A DNA stretch of 64,000 bases from Eledone cirrhosa (GCA_964016885.1 OZ024749.1:2108001-2172000), one strand, 5' to 3'. Positions 40,646 through 54,591 are shown, counted from the stretch's first letter. The notes: generated by a model not told the origin, from the sequence alone. Program-made: numbers and translations.

Positions 40646-41154
40646 ACCGCTCTAATTATAATAATAATACTAATGATAATAATAATAATAAAATTAGTTA
40701 TAATTTCATTATTGCTCGCTAGGGGCGACAGCAGTAAGGACAGAAGAGGGGGAGTGACGTATAAAGAAATAACACAGGTAACAAATAACAACAAATAAAA
40801 TTATCCCAGCATTGGGGACACCACCTACAGGTAATTTACGAATATCACAGTTCTGAAATCACCCAGATCACTGAGAGTACCACAGGAACCCCCTCCACCA
40901 CCAACACCCTTTCCAACAGGAACTTAATAAGCATTAAGACTGTTTGCCATTCTCGATAAAAAAGTGATAAGCCGATCATTACTTTGAAATCGATTGATTG
41001 CCGAATCCCACCTTACACCCGATAAATTCAAGAGATTGGAGAGAAGGAGGTAGTCGCTGCTGTGTCAGGAGAGGAAATGGTGGTTAATGGCGAGGGTTTC
41101 ACTTTTATAAACCCCTTTTACTCCTCTAAACTGTTGCCCTTACGACAAATTCAC

Positions 41155-41826
41155 TCTTGTACTATATGTCTTGTACTATATGTCTTGTACTATATGTCTT
41201 GTACTATATGTCTTGTACTATACGTCTTGTACTATATGTCTTGTACTATATGTCTTGTACTATACGTCTTGTACTATATGTCTTGTACTATATGTCTTGT
41301 ACTATATGTCTTGTACTATACGTCTTGTACTATATGTCTTGTACTATATGTCTTGTACTATATGTCTTGTACTATATGTCTTGTACTATATGTCTTGTAC
41401 GACATGTCTTGTACTATACGTCTTGTACTATATGTCTTGTACTATATGTCTTGTACTATATGTCTTGTACTATATGTCTTGTACTATACGTCTTGTACTA
41501 TATGTCTTGTACTATATGTCTTGTACTATATGTCTTGTACTATATGTCTTGTACTATATGTCTTGTACTATATGTCTTGTACTATATGTCTTGTACTATA
41601 CGTCTTGTACTATATGTCTTGTACTATATGTCTTGTACTATATGTCTTGTACTATATGTCTTGTACTATACGTCTTGTACTATATGTCTTGTACTATATG
41701 TCTTGTACTATATGTCTTGTACTATATGTCTTGTACTATATGTCTTGTACTATATGTCTTGTACTATACGTCTTGTACTATATGTCTTGTACTATATGTC
41801 TTGTACTATATATCTTGTACTATATG
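41155..41826. repeat. 14-bp minisatellite (TCTTGTACTATAYG), ~48 copies
   Basis: Visible period of 14. Confidence 0.97.
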
Positions 41827-42129
41827 TATTATTTGACCCCCTCCACTTGAGTCTGGGGTGCTGCTTTTGGCCGTCACGTATTTTTATTAAGACGCATTAA
41901 TACATTAGAGATTTTTGGGAGTTGCTGCCAACCGCTCCGAAGGGAGGGTTAATTGTGCCTCTATCTTCTCACCTTTCATTAATTAGGCCATTTGTGCCGA
42001 ATAGGAATTTCCTTAATAAACACATTTTACAGAGTTCTGTTGGATTTGCAGCTATTGAAGCGAAATTGTTGTTGTTATTGCTGTTGCTCTGCCGTTAATG
42101 TTGTTTTCCTGTCACTTTATTTTGCGAGT

Positions 42130-45100
42130 TTACTTTGTTGTTGTTTTAACGGTGCCACCTTATGGTGCTAGTGTTGTTTTTGTTGGTGTTAGGTATTTTG
42201 TTGTTGTCTTAACGGTGCCATCTTATGGTGCTAGTGTTGTTTTTGTTGGTGTTAGGTATTTTGTTATTGTTTTAACGGTGCCATCTTATAGTGCTAGTGT
42301 TGTTTTTGTTGGTGTTAGGTATTTTGTTGTTGTCTTAACGGTGCCACCTTATGGTGCTAGTGTTGTTTTTGTTGGTGTTAGGTATTTTGTTGTTGTCTTA
42401 ACGGTGCCACCTTATAGTGCTAGTGTTGTTTTTGTTGGTGTTAGGTATTTTGTTATTGTTTTAACGGTGCCATCTTATAGTGCTAGTGTTGTTTTTGTTG
42501 GTGTTAGGTATTTTGTTGTTGTCTTAACGGTGCCACCTTATGGTGCTAGTGTTGTTTTTGTTGGTGTTAGGTATTTTGTTGTTGTCTTAACGGTGCCACC
42601 TTATAGTGCTAGTGTTGTTTTTGTTGGTGTTAGGTATTTTGTTGTTGTCTTAACGGTGCCACCTTATAGTGCTAGTGTTGTTTTTGTTGGTGTTAGGTAT
42701 TTTGTTGTTGTTTTAACGGTGCCACCTTATGGTGCTAGTGTTGTTTTTGTTGGTGTTAGGTATTTTGTTGTTGTTTTAACGGTGCCATCTTATAGTGCTA
42801 GTGTTGTTTTTGTTGGTGTTAGGTATTTTGTTGTTGTTTTAACGGTGCCATCTTATAGTGCTAGTGTTGTTTTTGTTGGTGTTAGGTATTTTGTTGTTGT
42901 CTTAACGGTGCCATCTTATAGTGCTAGTGTTGTTTTTGTTGGTGTTAGGTATTTTGTTGTTGTCTTAACGGTGCCATCTTATAGTGCTAGTGTTGTTTTT
43001 GTTGGTGTTAGGTATTTTGTTGTTGTCTTAACGGTGCCATCTTATAGTGCTAGTGTTGTTTTTGTTGGTGTTAGGTATTTTGTTATTGTTTTAACGGTGC
43101 CATCTTATAGTGCTAGTGTTGTTTTTGTTGGTGTTAGGTATTTTGTTGTTGTCTTAACGGTGCCATCTTATAGTGCTAGTGTTGTTTTTGTTGGTGTTAG
43201 GTATTTTGTTGTTGTTTTAACGGTGCCATCTTATAGTGCTAGTGTTGTTTTTGTTGGTGTTAGGTATTTTGTTGTTGTTTTAACGGTGCCACCTTATGGT
43301 GCTAGTGTTGTTTTTGTTGGTGTTAGGTATTTTGTTGTTGTCTTAACGGTGCCATCTTATAGTGCTAGTGTTGTTTTTGTTGGTGTTAGGTATTTTGTTA
43401 TTGTTTTAACGGTGCCATCTTATAGTGCTAGTGTTGTTTTTGTTGGTGTTAGGTATTTTGTTGTTGTCTTAACGGTGCCATCTTATAGTGCTAGTGTTGT
43501 TTTTGTTGGTGTTAGGTATTTTGTTGTTGTCTTAACGGTGCCATCTTATAGTGCTAGTGTTGTTTTTGTTGGTGTTAGGTATTTTGTTGTTGTTTTAACG
43601 GTGCCATCTTATAGTGCTAGTGTTGTTTTTGTTGGTGTTAGGTATTTTGTTGTTGTCTTAACGGTGCCACCTTATGGTGCTAGTGTTGTTTTTGTTGGTG
43701 TTAGGTATTTTGTTGTTGTCTTAACGGTGCCATCTTATAGTGCTAGTGTTGTTTTTGTTGGTGTTAGGTATTTTGTTGTTGTCTTAACGGTGCCACCTTA
43801 TAGTGCTAGTGTTGTTTTTGTTGGTGTTAGGTATTTTGTTGTTGTCTTAACGGTGCCACCTTATAGTGCTAGTGTTGTTTTTGTTGGTGTTAGGTATTTT
43901 GTTATTGTTTTAACGGTGCCATCTTATAGTGCTAGTGTTGTTTTTGTCGGTGTTAGGTATTTTGTTGTTGTTTTAACGGTGCCACCTTATGGTGCTAGTG
44001 TTGTTTTTGTTGGTGTTAGGTATTTTGTTGTTGTTTTAACGGTGCCATCTTATAGTGCTAGTGTTGTTTTTGTTGGTGTTAGGTATTTTGTTGTTGTTTT
44101 AACGGTGCCATCTTATAGTGCTAGTGTTGTTTTTGTTGGTGTTAGGTATTTTGTTGTTGTCTTAACGGTGCCATCTTATAGTGCTAGTGTTGTTTTTGTT
44201 GGTGTTAGGTATTTTGTTGTTGTTTTAAAGGTGCCATCTTATAGTGCTAGTGTTGTTTTTGTTGGTGTTAGGTATTTTGTTGTTGTTTTAAAGGTGCCAT
44301 CTTATGGTGCTAGTGTTGTTTTTGTTGGTGTTAGGTATTTTGTTATTGTTTTAACGGTGCCATCTTATGGTGCTAGTGTTGTTTTTGTTGGTGTTAGGTA
44401 TTTTGTTATTGTTTTAACGGTGCCATCTTATGGTGCTAGTGTTGTTTTTGTTGGTGTTAGGTATTTTGTTGTTGTTTTAACGGTGCCACCTTATGGTGCT
44501 AGTGTTGTTTTTGTTGGTGTTAGGTATTTTGTTGTTGTCTTAACGGTGCCACCTTATAGTGCTAGTGTTGTTTTTGTTGGTGTTAGGTATTTTGTTATTG
44601 TTTTAACGGTGCCATCTTATAGTGCTAGTGTTGTTTTTGTTGGTGTTAGGTATTTTGTTGTTGTTTTAACGGTGCCACCTTATGGTGCTAGTGTTGTTTT
44701 TGTTGGTGTTAGGTATTTTGTTGTTGTTTTAACGGTGCCATCTTATAGTGCTAGTGTTGTTTTTGTTGGTGTTAGGTATTTTGTTGTTGTTTTAACGGTG
44801 CCATCTTATAGTGCTAGTGTTGTTTTTGTTGGTGTTAGGTATTTTGTTGTTGTTTTAAGGTTGCCACCTTATGGTGCTAGTGTTGTTTTTGTTGGTGTTA
44901 GGTATTTTGTTGTTGTCTTAACGGTGCCATCTTATAGTGCTAGTGTTGTTTTTGTTGGTGTTAGGTATTTTGTTGTTGTCTTAACGGTGCCATCTTATAG
45001 TGCTAGTGTTGTTTTTGTTGGTGTTAGGTATTTTGTTGTTGTCTTAACGGGGCCATCTTATAGTGCTAGTGTTGTTTTTGTTGGTGTTAGGTATTTTGTT

Positions 45101-45925
45101 GTTGTCTTAACGGTGCCATCTTATAGTACTAGTGTTGTTTTTGTTGGTGTTAGGTATTTTGTTGTTGTCTTAACGGTGCCATCTTATAGTGCTAGTGTTG
45201 TTTTTGTTGGTGTTAGGTATTTTGTTGTTGTCTTAACGGTGCCATCTTATAGTGCTAGTGTTGTTTTTGTTGGTGTTAGGTATTTTGTTATTGTTTTAAC
45301 GGTGCCATCTTATAGTGCTAGTGTTGTTTTTGTTGGTGTTAGGTATTTTGTTGTTGTCTTAACGGTGCCATCTTATAGTGCTAGTGTTGTTTTTGTTGGT
45401 GTTAGGTATTTTGTTGTTGTTTTAACGGTGCCATCTTATAGTGCTAGTGTTGTTTTTGTTGGTGTTAGGTATTTTGTTGTTGTTTTAACGGTGCCACCTT
45501 ATGGTGCTAGTGTTGTTTTTGTTGGTGTTAGGTATTTTGTTGTTGTCTTAACGGTGCCATCTTATAGTGCTAGTGTTGTTTTTGTTGGTGTTAGGTATTT
45601 TGTTATTGTTTTAACGGTGCCATCTTATAGTGCTAGTGTTGTTTTTGTTGGTGTTAGGTATTTTGTTGTTGTCTTAACGGTGCCATCTTATAGTGCTAGT
45701 GTTGTTTTTGTTGGTGTTAGGTATTTTGTTCTTGTTTTAACGGTGCCATCTTATAGTGCTAGTGTTGTCTTTGTTGGTGTTAGGTATTTTGTTGTTGTCT
45801 TAACGGTGCCACCTTATGGTGCTAGTGTTGTTTTTGTTGGTGTTAGGTATTTTGTTGTTGTTTTAATGGTGCCATCTTATGGTGCTAGTGTTGGTTTTGT
45901 TGGTGTTAGATATTTTGTTGTTGTT
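42130..45925. repeat. 63-bp minisatellite, ~60 copies
   Basis: Unit TTTGTTGTTGTYTTAACGGTGCCAYCTTATRGTGCTAGTGTTGTTTTTGTTGGTGTTAGGTAT; 21-aa periodicity in the ORF track. Confidence 0.97.
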
Positions 45926-46641
45926 GTGGTAACACTGTTAGATTTCTATAATGCTACAAAAAAACTGTTATATATTTCCGTTTTTTGTAGAGGCTGATGT
46001 TATCATAATCCGCCATACTATTTTCAAAACAAATTGAGAAGCGCAATTATAATATTGACAATGGCTTTCCCATTAAGGACTGACTGAAACCGGATTGGTT
46101 CCCGAAGATTTCGAGATGTTTAACCACGAAACAATACATTTTCAACAACAACAACGCTTTAGAAACACGTAAATAACTAATTCATAGAACAAATATACAC
46201 GACGTTTTTTGTTTAGTGACAATAATAATTGTTTCTACTTTAGGCACAAGGCCAGCAAATATCAGTGCATTACTGGTACTTTAGTGACAATAATAATAAC
46301 AACAACAACAACAAGATTAAAAAGTTATTAAAAAGCTAAATAGATGAAGAAGAATGATTTCGGATAATTGTATGTTGTTTATTTCATATCCTAGTGTATA
46401 AAGGAAGTTATGCTGGCGGCCTTTAGAATTTCGTCAGCGTTTCACGCCGCCATTTCTTTTTTGTTCTTCCATCTATAATCCCTGCCACTGTCACTATCAT
46501 AACAACAACAACAGCAGAAACAATGGCAATAATAACAATAGTAACAACGGTAACAGCAGCTGCAACAGCAGCAGCGGTTAGGGTGGTAAAAAGCAGCAGC
46601 AGAAACACAATCAGGCCAACAAAACATGGTTTATACCCCCC

Positions 46642-46685
<44 letters not shown>

Positions 46686-46782
46686 TACTTATAAATACAT
46701 ATATATGCACTTACATATATACATATATATATATATACATATGTACATATATACTTCTCTAAATGGGTATATGATACATATA

Positions 46783-46857
<75 letters not shown>

Positions 46858-46986
46858 GTTAAACAATATTCAATGATTATGTCAAAGAATGAGTTTTAGA
46901 GTAGATTGGAAGCACTCAACGGTAAATAATTTTCTGGAGTTATTAATATTACTATTAATAAAATAGATGTTCTTTTTATCAATTAC

Positions 46987-47039
46987 ATTTTATTATACAT
47001 ATTTCGGATGTACAACAGTACGTCCTCATCAGACAAAAT
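46987..47039 (-). ncRNA. Type-I hammerhead ribozyme motif (HHR4)
   Basis: Minus strand ATTTTGT-CTGATGA-GGACGTAC-TGTT-GTACATCC-GAAA-TATGTA-TA-ATAAAAT. Confidence 0.83.
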
Positions 47040-47901
47040 ATAATGATACATGACATACCCTGAGATGTTAAATGGTTAAGATTTAATCAAGGTAGTGATT
47101 AACCCGATAGAAAATTTTACTTATATCCTATCTATGAGAAAATGCGAAAACGTAATAAATTCATTAGAGAATGTGTGAGTAAGAAAAAACGTTGCATATT
47201 GTAAGTGTTCTAAAATTTTAAAGTATATGATACTACGATATATCTAGGAAAACGTCTCATGAATCATAACAGCCAGTGATAGCCACTGGAAAAAGATTTA
47301 TAAAGAGGAAAAAATAAAGTGGTGAGGGGGGTCAAAAGTTAAACGGTTAGATTTGGAAATATTTAATTCATAATATTAGGGTGAAGATTCGCGATTTCAA
47401 GATTATTTGCTGGTTATTTATATATTATTTATATAAATTCGATAAGAGTGTTATCATTTCTAAACTTCTGAATTGTGAGTGTAACATTTAAAGGATTTAG
47501 CTGGCACATAAAGAATGAAATATTATACTGTTGATTATTTACCTAAATTTAAACTTTAACGAATATACCAACATATTAGGTATGTAAAGCTTTTGAAGTA
47601 CTTATTGTTATAAATATTTAAATAACTATTATGTATATAGGTATATATTAATGAGCCAGTATGTTTAAGGTAAATAATAACGACGAAGATAAAAATAAAA
47701 TAAGATAATATATTGAAGGATGTTAAGGATAAATATATACATATGTATAACTGGGTGTAAATGCACTAATTATTCTTCAACCAAGATATCAACATATTAT
47801 TAGATATAGGGATGTATATATATAGATATATATTAGGTATTATTAGTGTAGTATACTTTAGGTAAATGATAACAGTTATAATCTTATCAACGTGTCACAT
47901 T

Positions 47902-47937
<36 letters not shown>

Positions 47938-48226
47938 CAACAATGAGTGCATGGATAATACAGAGTTCAAAATAATGTCTATAATAATTTTTAGTTTTGA
48001 TATTTTCTCTACATTTGAATCATATATATAAAAATGTGGTAGGTATATTTAAAAATATATAAAATATAATATATAACTACACATATATTATAATACATTA
48101 TATTATAAATAAATAAGAGATCGAAAGTACAGCGAAAAATTCACATTTATATATAAGTTTGAATTCGTCTCAAAATTTAGATTTTATAGTGCAGTAAATA
48201 TATTTAAAAGAAAGCAATTTAAAAGA

Positions 48227-49627
48227 AGCGTCTAAGTAATTTTGTTGACATTATTTTGAAACCACTATGTATTCACATACCCAGTTTCATCCGGGATGAT
48301 ATCGACGTCCTGTCCCATCTTCCCAAAACCACGGAAACGAATTCACTTCTACTTAGTTTTGATGTGGTAAGCTTTTACACCCACATTACCCATGATTTAG
48401 GAATAAAGGCGGTTAAATACTGGGTAGAAAAACATAGAGAAGTGATTCCCATCAGATTCACAGCGCCATTTATATTAGACTCAGTTAAACTTATTCTGGA
48501 AAACAACACTTTCTTCTTCAATGGAAAGAATTACAACCAAATTAGAGGCACAGCGATGGGAACGAAGTTTGCTCCCGTTTACGCGAACTCTGTAATGGAA
48601 TACTTAGAACAACAACTCTACCAAGAAATACAGGAAAAATATAGTACTGACTTTAGAAAGTACATTGAAAAATCTTGGAAGAGATACCTTGACGACTGTT
48701 TCATCATCTGGACAGAATCTCTAGATACTCTGGATGAGTTCAATATCCTCCTGAATAACCTACACCCATCTCTCCAATTCACAAAAGAGATGAGTAGGAC
48801 CAAATTACCATTCTTAGATATAATGATAATCAAAAACGACACCACCATTACCGCGGATATATATTATAAACACACAGACACCGATCAATATCTGAATTTT
48901 AAGTCGTGCCATCCACCTCATACAAAACGCAACATCCCATACTGCCTAGCCAGAAGAATTCGTACCATTGTAGAAGATACGAATACTAGGTACAAACGCG
49001 TAACAGAACTAAGAGAATCTTTGCTCAAACAAAAATACCCATCTCTACTTATAGAAAATGGCATACAGAGGGCTATAAAAATACCTATACAACAACTTAG
49101 GACAACCCAAGGAAGAAGAAACCAAGAACTGGTCATACCATTTATAATGACACACAACCCATGTCACCAGAATATCTTCAACACTGCCAAAGCAAACCTA
49201 CCGATCATTGCTCAAAGTAATGAATTAAAAGGGTTAATCACAGATCGATCTTTGACTCTTAGTAAAAGACAGCCGAAAAATTTGAAGCAATTACTAACAA
49301 AAGCAAAGTTTGACCTTAACAACAAAGACCAATCATTCACTGTATCTAAATGCAAATGCAATGATAGTCGATGTGGCACATGTCAATCCATACACGCCGG
49401 TCAACATATGAAAACAAAAACTGGAAAAATATTCCCAAATGCAAATATGAACTGCAAAAGCAGAAATCTAGTTTACTGCATTAAATGCCCGAATTCTACC
49501 ATACTATTTCATTATAATACCATTATAAATTTTAAAGGATTGTAAATAAAACGAATAAATCAGACAAAGTTGGAATTCCTTTTATTAATATAATCTTCTA
49601 TACACAATCATACACACCCGTGTATAT
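48227..49627 (+). mobile_element. Penelope-like retroelement, 5'-truncated; RT core open, GIY-YIG deleted after its first strand
   Basis: ORF 48256-49545: SFDVVSFYT, QIRGTAMG, WKRYLDDCF, LPFLDI, YYKHTD..QYL...SCHP.H.K..IP, C....C..C, NCKSRNLVYCIKCP; then jumps to a tail repeated at 53257-53390. Confidence 0.92.
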
Positions 49628-49640
49628 TTATCTATCTATC

Positions 49641-49696
<56 letters not shown>

Positions 49697-49697
49697 C

Positions 49698-49746
<49 letters not shown>

Positions 49747-49974
49747 CGTATATTTATATATATATATATATATAAAGAGAGGATGAGAGAAAGAGGGAGA
49801 GATACTTCTTCCTTCTTTTCTTCCTCCTACAATCTCCATATTTAACCATTAGCTCCCTCCTCCTCTTCCTCACCCTCTACACACACTCACTCCTCCCCTC
49901 TCTACCAGCAACTAGTTTGTTTTGTAATTTGTGTGTTTGCTCTGCTTCGTAGATCAATGACTTGTATTACTTTA

Positions 49975-50525
49975 CCTTCCTCCCTCTTCCTCAACATCCC
50001 TCTCTCTCAGTCTCTCTCTCCCTGTCTCCCTCTCTCAGTCTCTCTCTCCCTGTCTCCCTATCTCAGTCTCTATATCCCTCTCTATCTTCTCCTCTCTCCC
50101 CCTCACTCCCCCTCTCACCCTCTATCTCCCCTTACACCTCTCCCTCTATACCTCCCCCCTATATCTTTCCACCTCTCCCTCTCTCCCTCCCTCTCTCAAT
50201 CTCTCTCTCCCTGTCTCCCTCTCTCAGTCTCTCTCTCCCTGTCTCCCTCTCTCAGTCTCTATATCCCTCTCTATCTTCCCCTCTCTCCCCCTCACTCCCC
50301 CTCTCCCCCTCTATCTCCCCTTACACCTCTCCCTCTATACCCCCCCTATATCTTTCCACCTCTCCCTCTCTCCCTCCCTCTCTCAGTCTCTCTCCCTCTG
50401 TCAGTCTCCCCCCCCCCTCTTTCCTCTCTCTCCCCCTCTATCTCTCCACCTCTCCCTCTATTCCCCTCCCCTTTCTATCTCCCCCTCTCTCCCTCCTCTC
50501 CCCCATCTCTCTCTCCCATTGTCTC
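49975..50525. repeat. CT-rich low-complexity tract with an internal ~189-bp duplication
   Basis: 63-aa repeat in ORF 49933-50661. Confidence 0.88.
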
Positions 50526-50811
50526 TCGCTATTCTACACTCACTGCTGGAGGTGAGACACGTTCGTGTTGTCAGTGTTCTGTAGCTGCTGGCTCACACAA
50601 CCTCACCCCCTGTCGATATCTTGTAATCAGTTTCAAAGCTACATTAAACAATGCTACATGACAGAGACAATGAACACACACACACATACATACACCCCCC
50701 CCCCCCACACACACACATACATGTGAAAGTATAAATATAAATACACACACGAATGTATATGTAGACACATTGGGAAGTCATCGTTATCATTAATATAATT
50801 ATATATAATAT

Positions 50812-51160
50812 TAATGATAACGATGACAGTGATGATGGTGATGGTGATGATGGTGATGGTGATGATGGTGATGGTGATGATGGTGATGGTGATGATGGTG
50901 ATGGTGATGATGACAGTGATGGTGGTGATGATGGTGATGTTGGTGATGATGGTGATGTTGGTGATGATGGTGATGAGGTTGGTGATGGTGATGGTGGTGG
51001 TGGTGGTGGTGGTGGTGGTGATGATGGTGGTGATGGTGGTGATGGTGGTGATGGTGGTGGTGATGATGATGGTGATGGTGGTGATGGTGATGGTGGTGAT
51101 GGTGGTAATGGTGATGATGCCGATGATGGTGATGAAGATGATGATGATGACGATGGGGAT
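50812..51160. repeat. (GAT/GGT)n tract
   Basis: Visible. Confidence 0.93.
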
Positions 51161-51712
51161 GTTTTAATTAACTATACAGACAAGACTACTAAACAACAAT
51201 GTTGATATATAACCGTGTTGGCCCCGGGGCTACAGGGAGGGGCAGAAATAAGGAGGTGAGGTTTATTGAACCCAACAGAGAAATATCACCAATAACAATA
51301 CTAAACATATGAATATATATATAGAATGGCCCTCCGTCAGTTTCGACGATGTGTCTTGCAGTTGTTTATCAACGGAATAGCTTCAACCTCACTTGGAATC
51401 CCAATGAAAAGGGGTCACTTTTAACGGAATTCTTAGAGACATTATCCGTGACCCAGAGTTTGACACGCTTAGGACATTGAATTACAGGTACACTTCATCC
51501 TACGGGCTTCTAAACAGTTTCCGTCTGCCATATTTTACTCACAAAGCTTGGGTCAGCATGAAATTATGTTAAATGAAGCGAGACCAAGAGGCGAGTCAGT
51601 GGCAATGAAAGCTGGTCCTTATAAATGCTGCTGCCATTAAAGACCAATATATAGATATAACCGGAACATAGCAGACCTGCTGCCATTAAAGAGCTATATA
51701 CAGTATGTATAT

Positions 51713-51788
<76 letters not shown>

Positions 51789-51789
51789 T

Positions 51790-51824
<35 letters not shown>

Positions 51825-51954
51825 GTAAAAGTTCTATTTAAATTGTTGGGATACAACAAGTAAATATTTTTATAACTGATATAAAGCACACGACAAGTAT
51901 TTGGAGTAAATATACGATATTAATAAATGGAAACTATATTTATAAAACCATATT

Positions 51955-52019
51955 TATTTCATTATACATATTTCAGGGATACCAAATTAAATTATGGTAT
52001 GCCTTCATCAGACAAAATA
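51955..52019 (-). ncRNA. Type-I hammerhead ribozyme motif (HHR5; same family as HHR3 and HHR6)
   Basis: Minus strand TATTTTGT-CTGATGA-AGGCATACCA...TGGTATCCCT-GAAA-TATGTA-TA-ATGAAATA. Confidence 0.83.
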
Positions 52020-52819
52020 CAATATATAACAGTTTTACAAATAAGCTTTGACGTACCCTTTTAAAATGCGACCATTATTTTTGTAGGCCATCTGATAAAG
52101 ATAACGTTACCTACAATCAATGTATTAGTAAAGAATAATAATTTATCACAAAATATGAACCTCACTTAAATACATCCACCGCAGACGACACCGCAACAAA
52201 CACCCAACAATAACACCAATGGACAATTTAAGAACGACAATATTTCCTACTGAAATACTTAGAAATCTATATTTAGAAACAATCACTGCTTCAGGTCAAT
52301 TTTAGGTCACTCTACCATTAAGGTCAGACCCACGGTCAGAATCTATTACTACTAATAAGAATATTACTATCACACCTCCCCGTTGTCTCCTCCTGCTCCT
52401 CCTTTGTATTTTCTTCCTCCTTTACTAAACCCCTATTCTTCTTCTTCTCCTTCTACTTCCTCTTCTACTTCTCCTACTTATTCTTCTACTTCTTCTTCAC
52501 CCAATCCTCTACTACTGCTACTACTACTACTACTGCAATTGTAGTCAACAGCCAGTCAGACAGTAACATGGGACAAGCCAACTTCTATTTTAGCTGCTAC
52601 TACCACCAAAGAAGAGAGAGAGAAAGAGATAAACTATGCTCTCTTCTAAGTAATATACACCTTAATGCTATTATATATATTTTTATCATATTTCCTGTCG
52701 CACGAAGAAGCTGAGACAAATATCGGCCGAGACTGGTACTACCAATTATTTAAAAAAAATGTTTTGTTGTTATTCTATGAGAAAATCCCATTAGCATTTC
52801 TGCTTTTTTTCTTATTTTC

Positions 52820-52865
<46 letters not shown>

Positions 52866-52916
52866 TGAAAAATGGCGTGCTGTGTTGTTACAAATGTGAT
52901 ACATATGAAGTTACTT

Positions 52917-52950
<34 letters not shown>

Positions 52951-52996
52951 ACCAGAGTAGTAAGGTACTCAATACATAGCAAAGTATAAATGTTTA

Positions 52997-53076
52997 ATAT
53001 AGAAATGGCTTCTACAGGAGTAGAACTGTTTCATTCGAAGGAAACAGTTCTAGTCCTGTAGAAGCCATTTCTATAT
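52997..53076. other. Fold-back hairpin, 36-bp arms, mirrored hammerhead 3' half
   Basis: Arms 52997-53032 / 53041-53076, one mismatch; reads GAAA-CAG-TTCTAGTC-CTG-TA. Confidence 0.82.
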
Positions 53077-53199
53077 ATTATATATATATATCTACAGTTT
53101 GCAAAACTTAGCATTCTGTAGCCCCTTTTTACTGTATATAAGGCACAGATATTAGCCATCTCATTACAGTTGAAAATTGCAAACTTGACTGTCACCACT

Positions 53200-53382
53200 G
53201 AATATCAACCTGAAGATTGCGAAAGCATTAAAGTACTTGTTCAATTAGCATTTAACATTCTACCATACTATTTCATTATAATATCATTATAATTTTAAAG
53301 GATTGTAAATAAAACGAGTAAATCAGACAAAGTTGGGATTCCTTTTATTAATATAATCTTCTATACACAATCATACACACCC

Positions 53383-53390
<8 letters not shown>
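53200..53390 (+). mobile_element. Solo pseudo-LTR-like piece of the 48.2-49.6 kb PLE with degenerate hammerhead
   Basis: 53257-53390 is a near-identical direct repeat of 49493-49627; preceded by AAC-CTGAAGA-T-TGC-GAAA-GCA-T-TAAA-GTAC-TT-GTT (G12 of the core replaced by T). Confidence 0.7.
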
Positions 53391-53448
<58 letters not shown>

Positions 53449-53839
53449 GCACACACATATGTACATGTGTGTGTGCGTAGGTGTGTGGGTATGTATTAAA
53501 CACTTGGCAATTCACTTACTCCTGAGGTTAAAATGATTTGATAATGGTGGTGGGGTGGGGGGCGTGGGGTAGCGGTTTGGAGATTATAGAAAACAATCAT
53601 TGTAAAATAAAGAAGGAAGCGAAGTGATGAAATCATTGCAAATGGAAAAATAGAAAAAGAAAAAAAAAAACAAATGTGTTACTTTCTTAAATTCGATACC
53701 ATTAAGTTAATTAATAAAACGTCATCATCATCTTTATCATCTGATATTCATCACCACACACACCACCACCAGCAATATATATATACACATAATATATATT
53801 TATATATGTAGAACTTTATTTTATTATCCGATGACCTAG

Positions 53840-53927
53840 ACAGGATTAGAACTGTTTCATTCCTATGAAATCATGAGGAATGTCATTCCTCATGATTTCA
53901 TACAAATGAAACAGTTCTAATCCTGTA
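53840..53927. other. Fold-back hairpin, 43-bp arms, mirrored hammerhead 3' half
   Basis: Arms 53840-53882 / 53884-53926; reads GAAA-CAG-TTCTAATC-CTG-TA; same family as 52997-53076 but with a longer central stem. Confidence 0.82.
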
Positions 53928-54029
53928 GAAGTAATTTTTTATATAAAATAAAGATTCCTATATTCTACCAACAAATTGAGTATCATTTTTAACTGTGGTC
54001 GACTCCCGATGTCTCTCGCGAATCGAACG

Positions 54030-54096
<67 letters not shown>

Positions 54097-54591
54097 CACA
54101 AACACATATGCATATATATATATATATGACATACGTAAACTCGTATATCTGGCGATATACGGTATGTTTCTAAATAAACATTTTGAAAGTTTTCAGCTAT
54201 AAATTTGAAAACTGATGGAGTAGCGTCATCTAGTGTGTTCAAGCAGAAGCTAAGGTCGGCTAATTAACGATGATAATGGCATCAATTCTCATTGGTCATT
54301 ATCAAGATAGTGTTTCCTGACCCGCTTGCTCCGGGAACTTAATATAAGCGAAAACATATATTTTAGAAGCTCATGTACATGGGCTGATGAGTCACATTTG
54401 CACTAGAGGGCGTTACGATATCAGTTTCAAACACTAGATTAATAAAAACAGATTTAGTTACGTACTTACGTTCCGCTAAATTATTTAAACATTTGGTAAT
54501 GAAATGTTAAATTGTTTCCATACGAACCCGACCAAAATTACTTTTGCTTCTATGAAACACAATCAGCTATTTTAGATGGTTCCTATTTATG

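Noticed and set aside
40705-41150. Possible LINE 3' end on the minus strand
   Set aside because: Only a weak motif (FLSRMANSLN); too degenerate to call
42098-45997. 1299-aa hydrophobic ORF with a 21-aa repeat
   Set aside because: Coincides exactly with a 63-bp minisatellite in T/G-rich low-complexity sequence, with no non-repetitive domain
54345-54400. GAAA...CTGATGA as a type-II hammerhead
   Set aside because: Cleavage triplet is not adjacent to stem I and stem II cannot form convincingly
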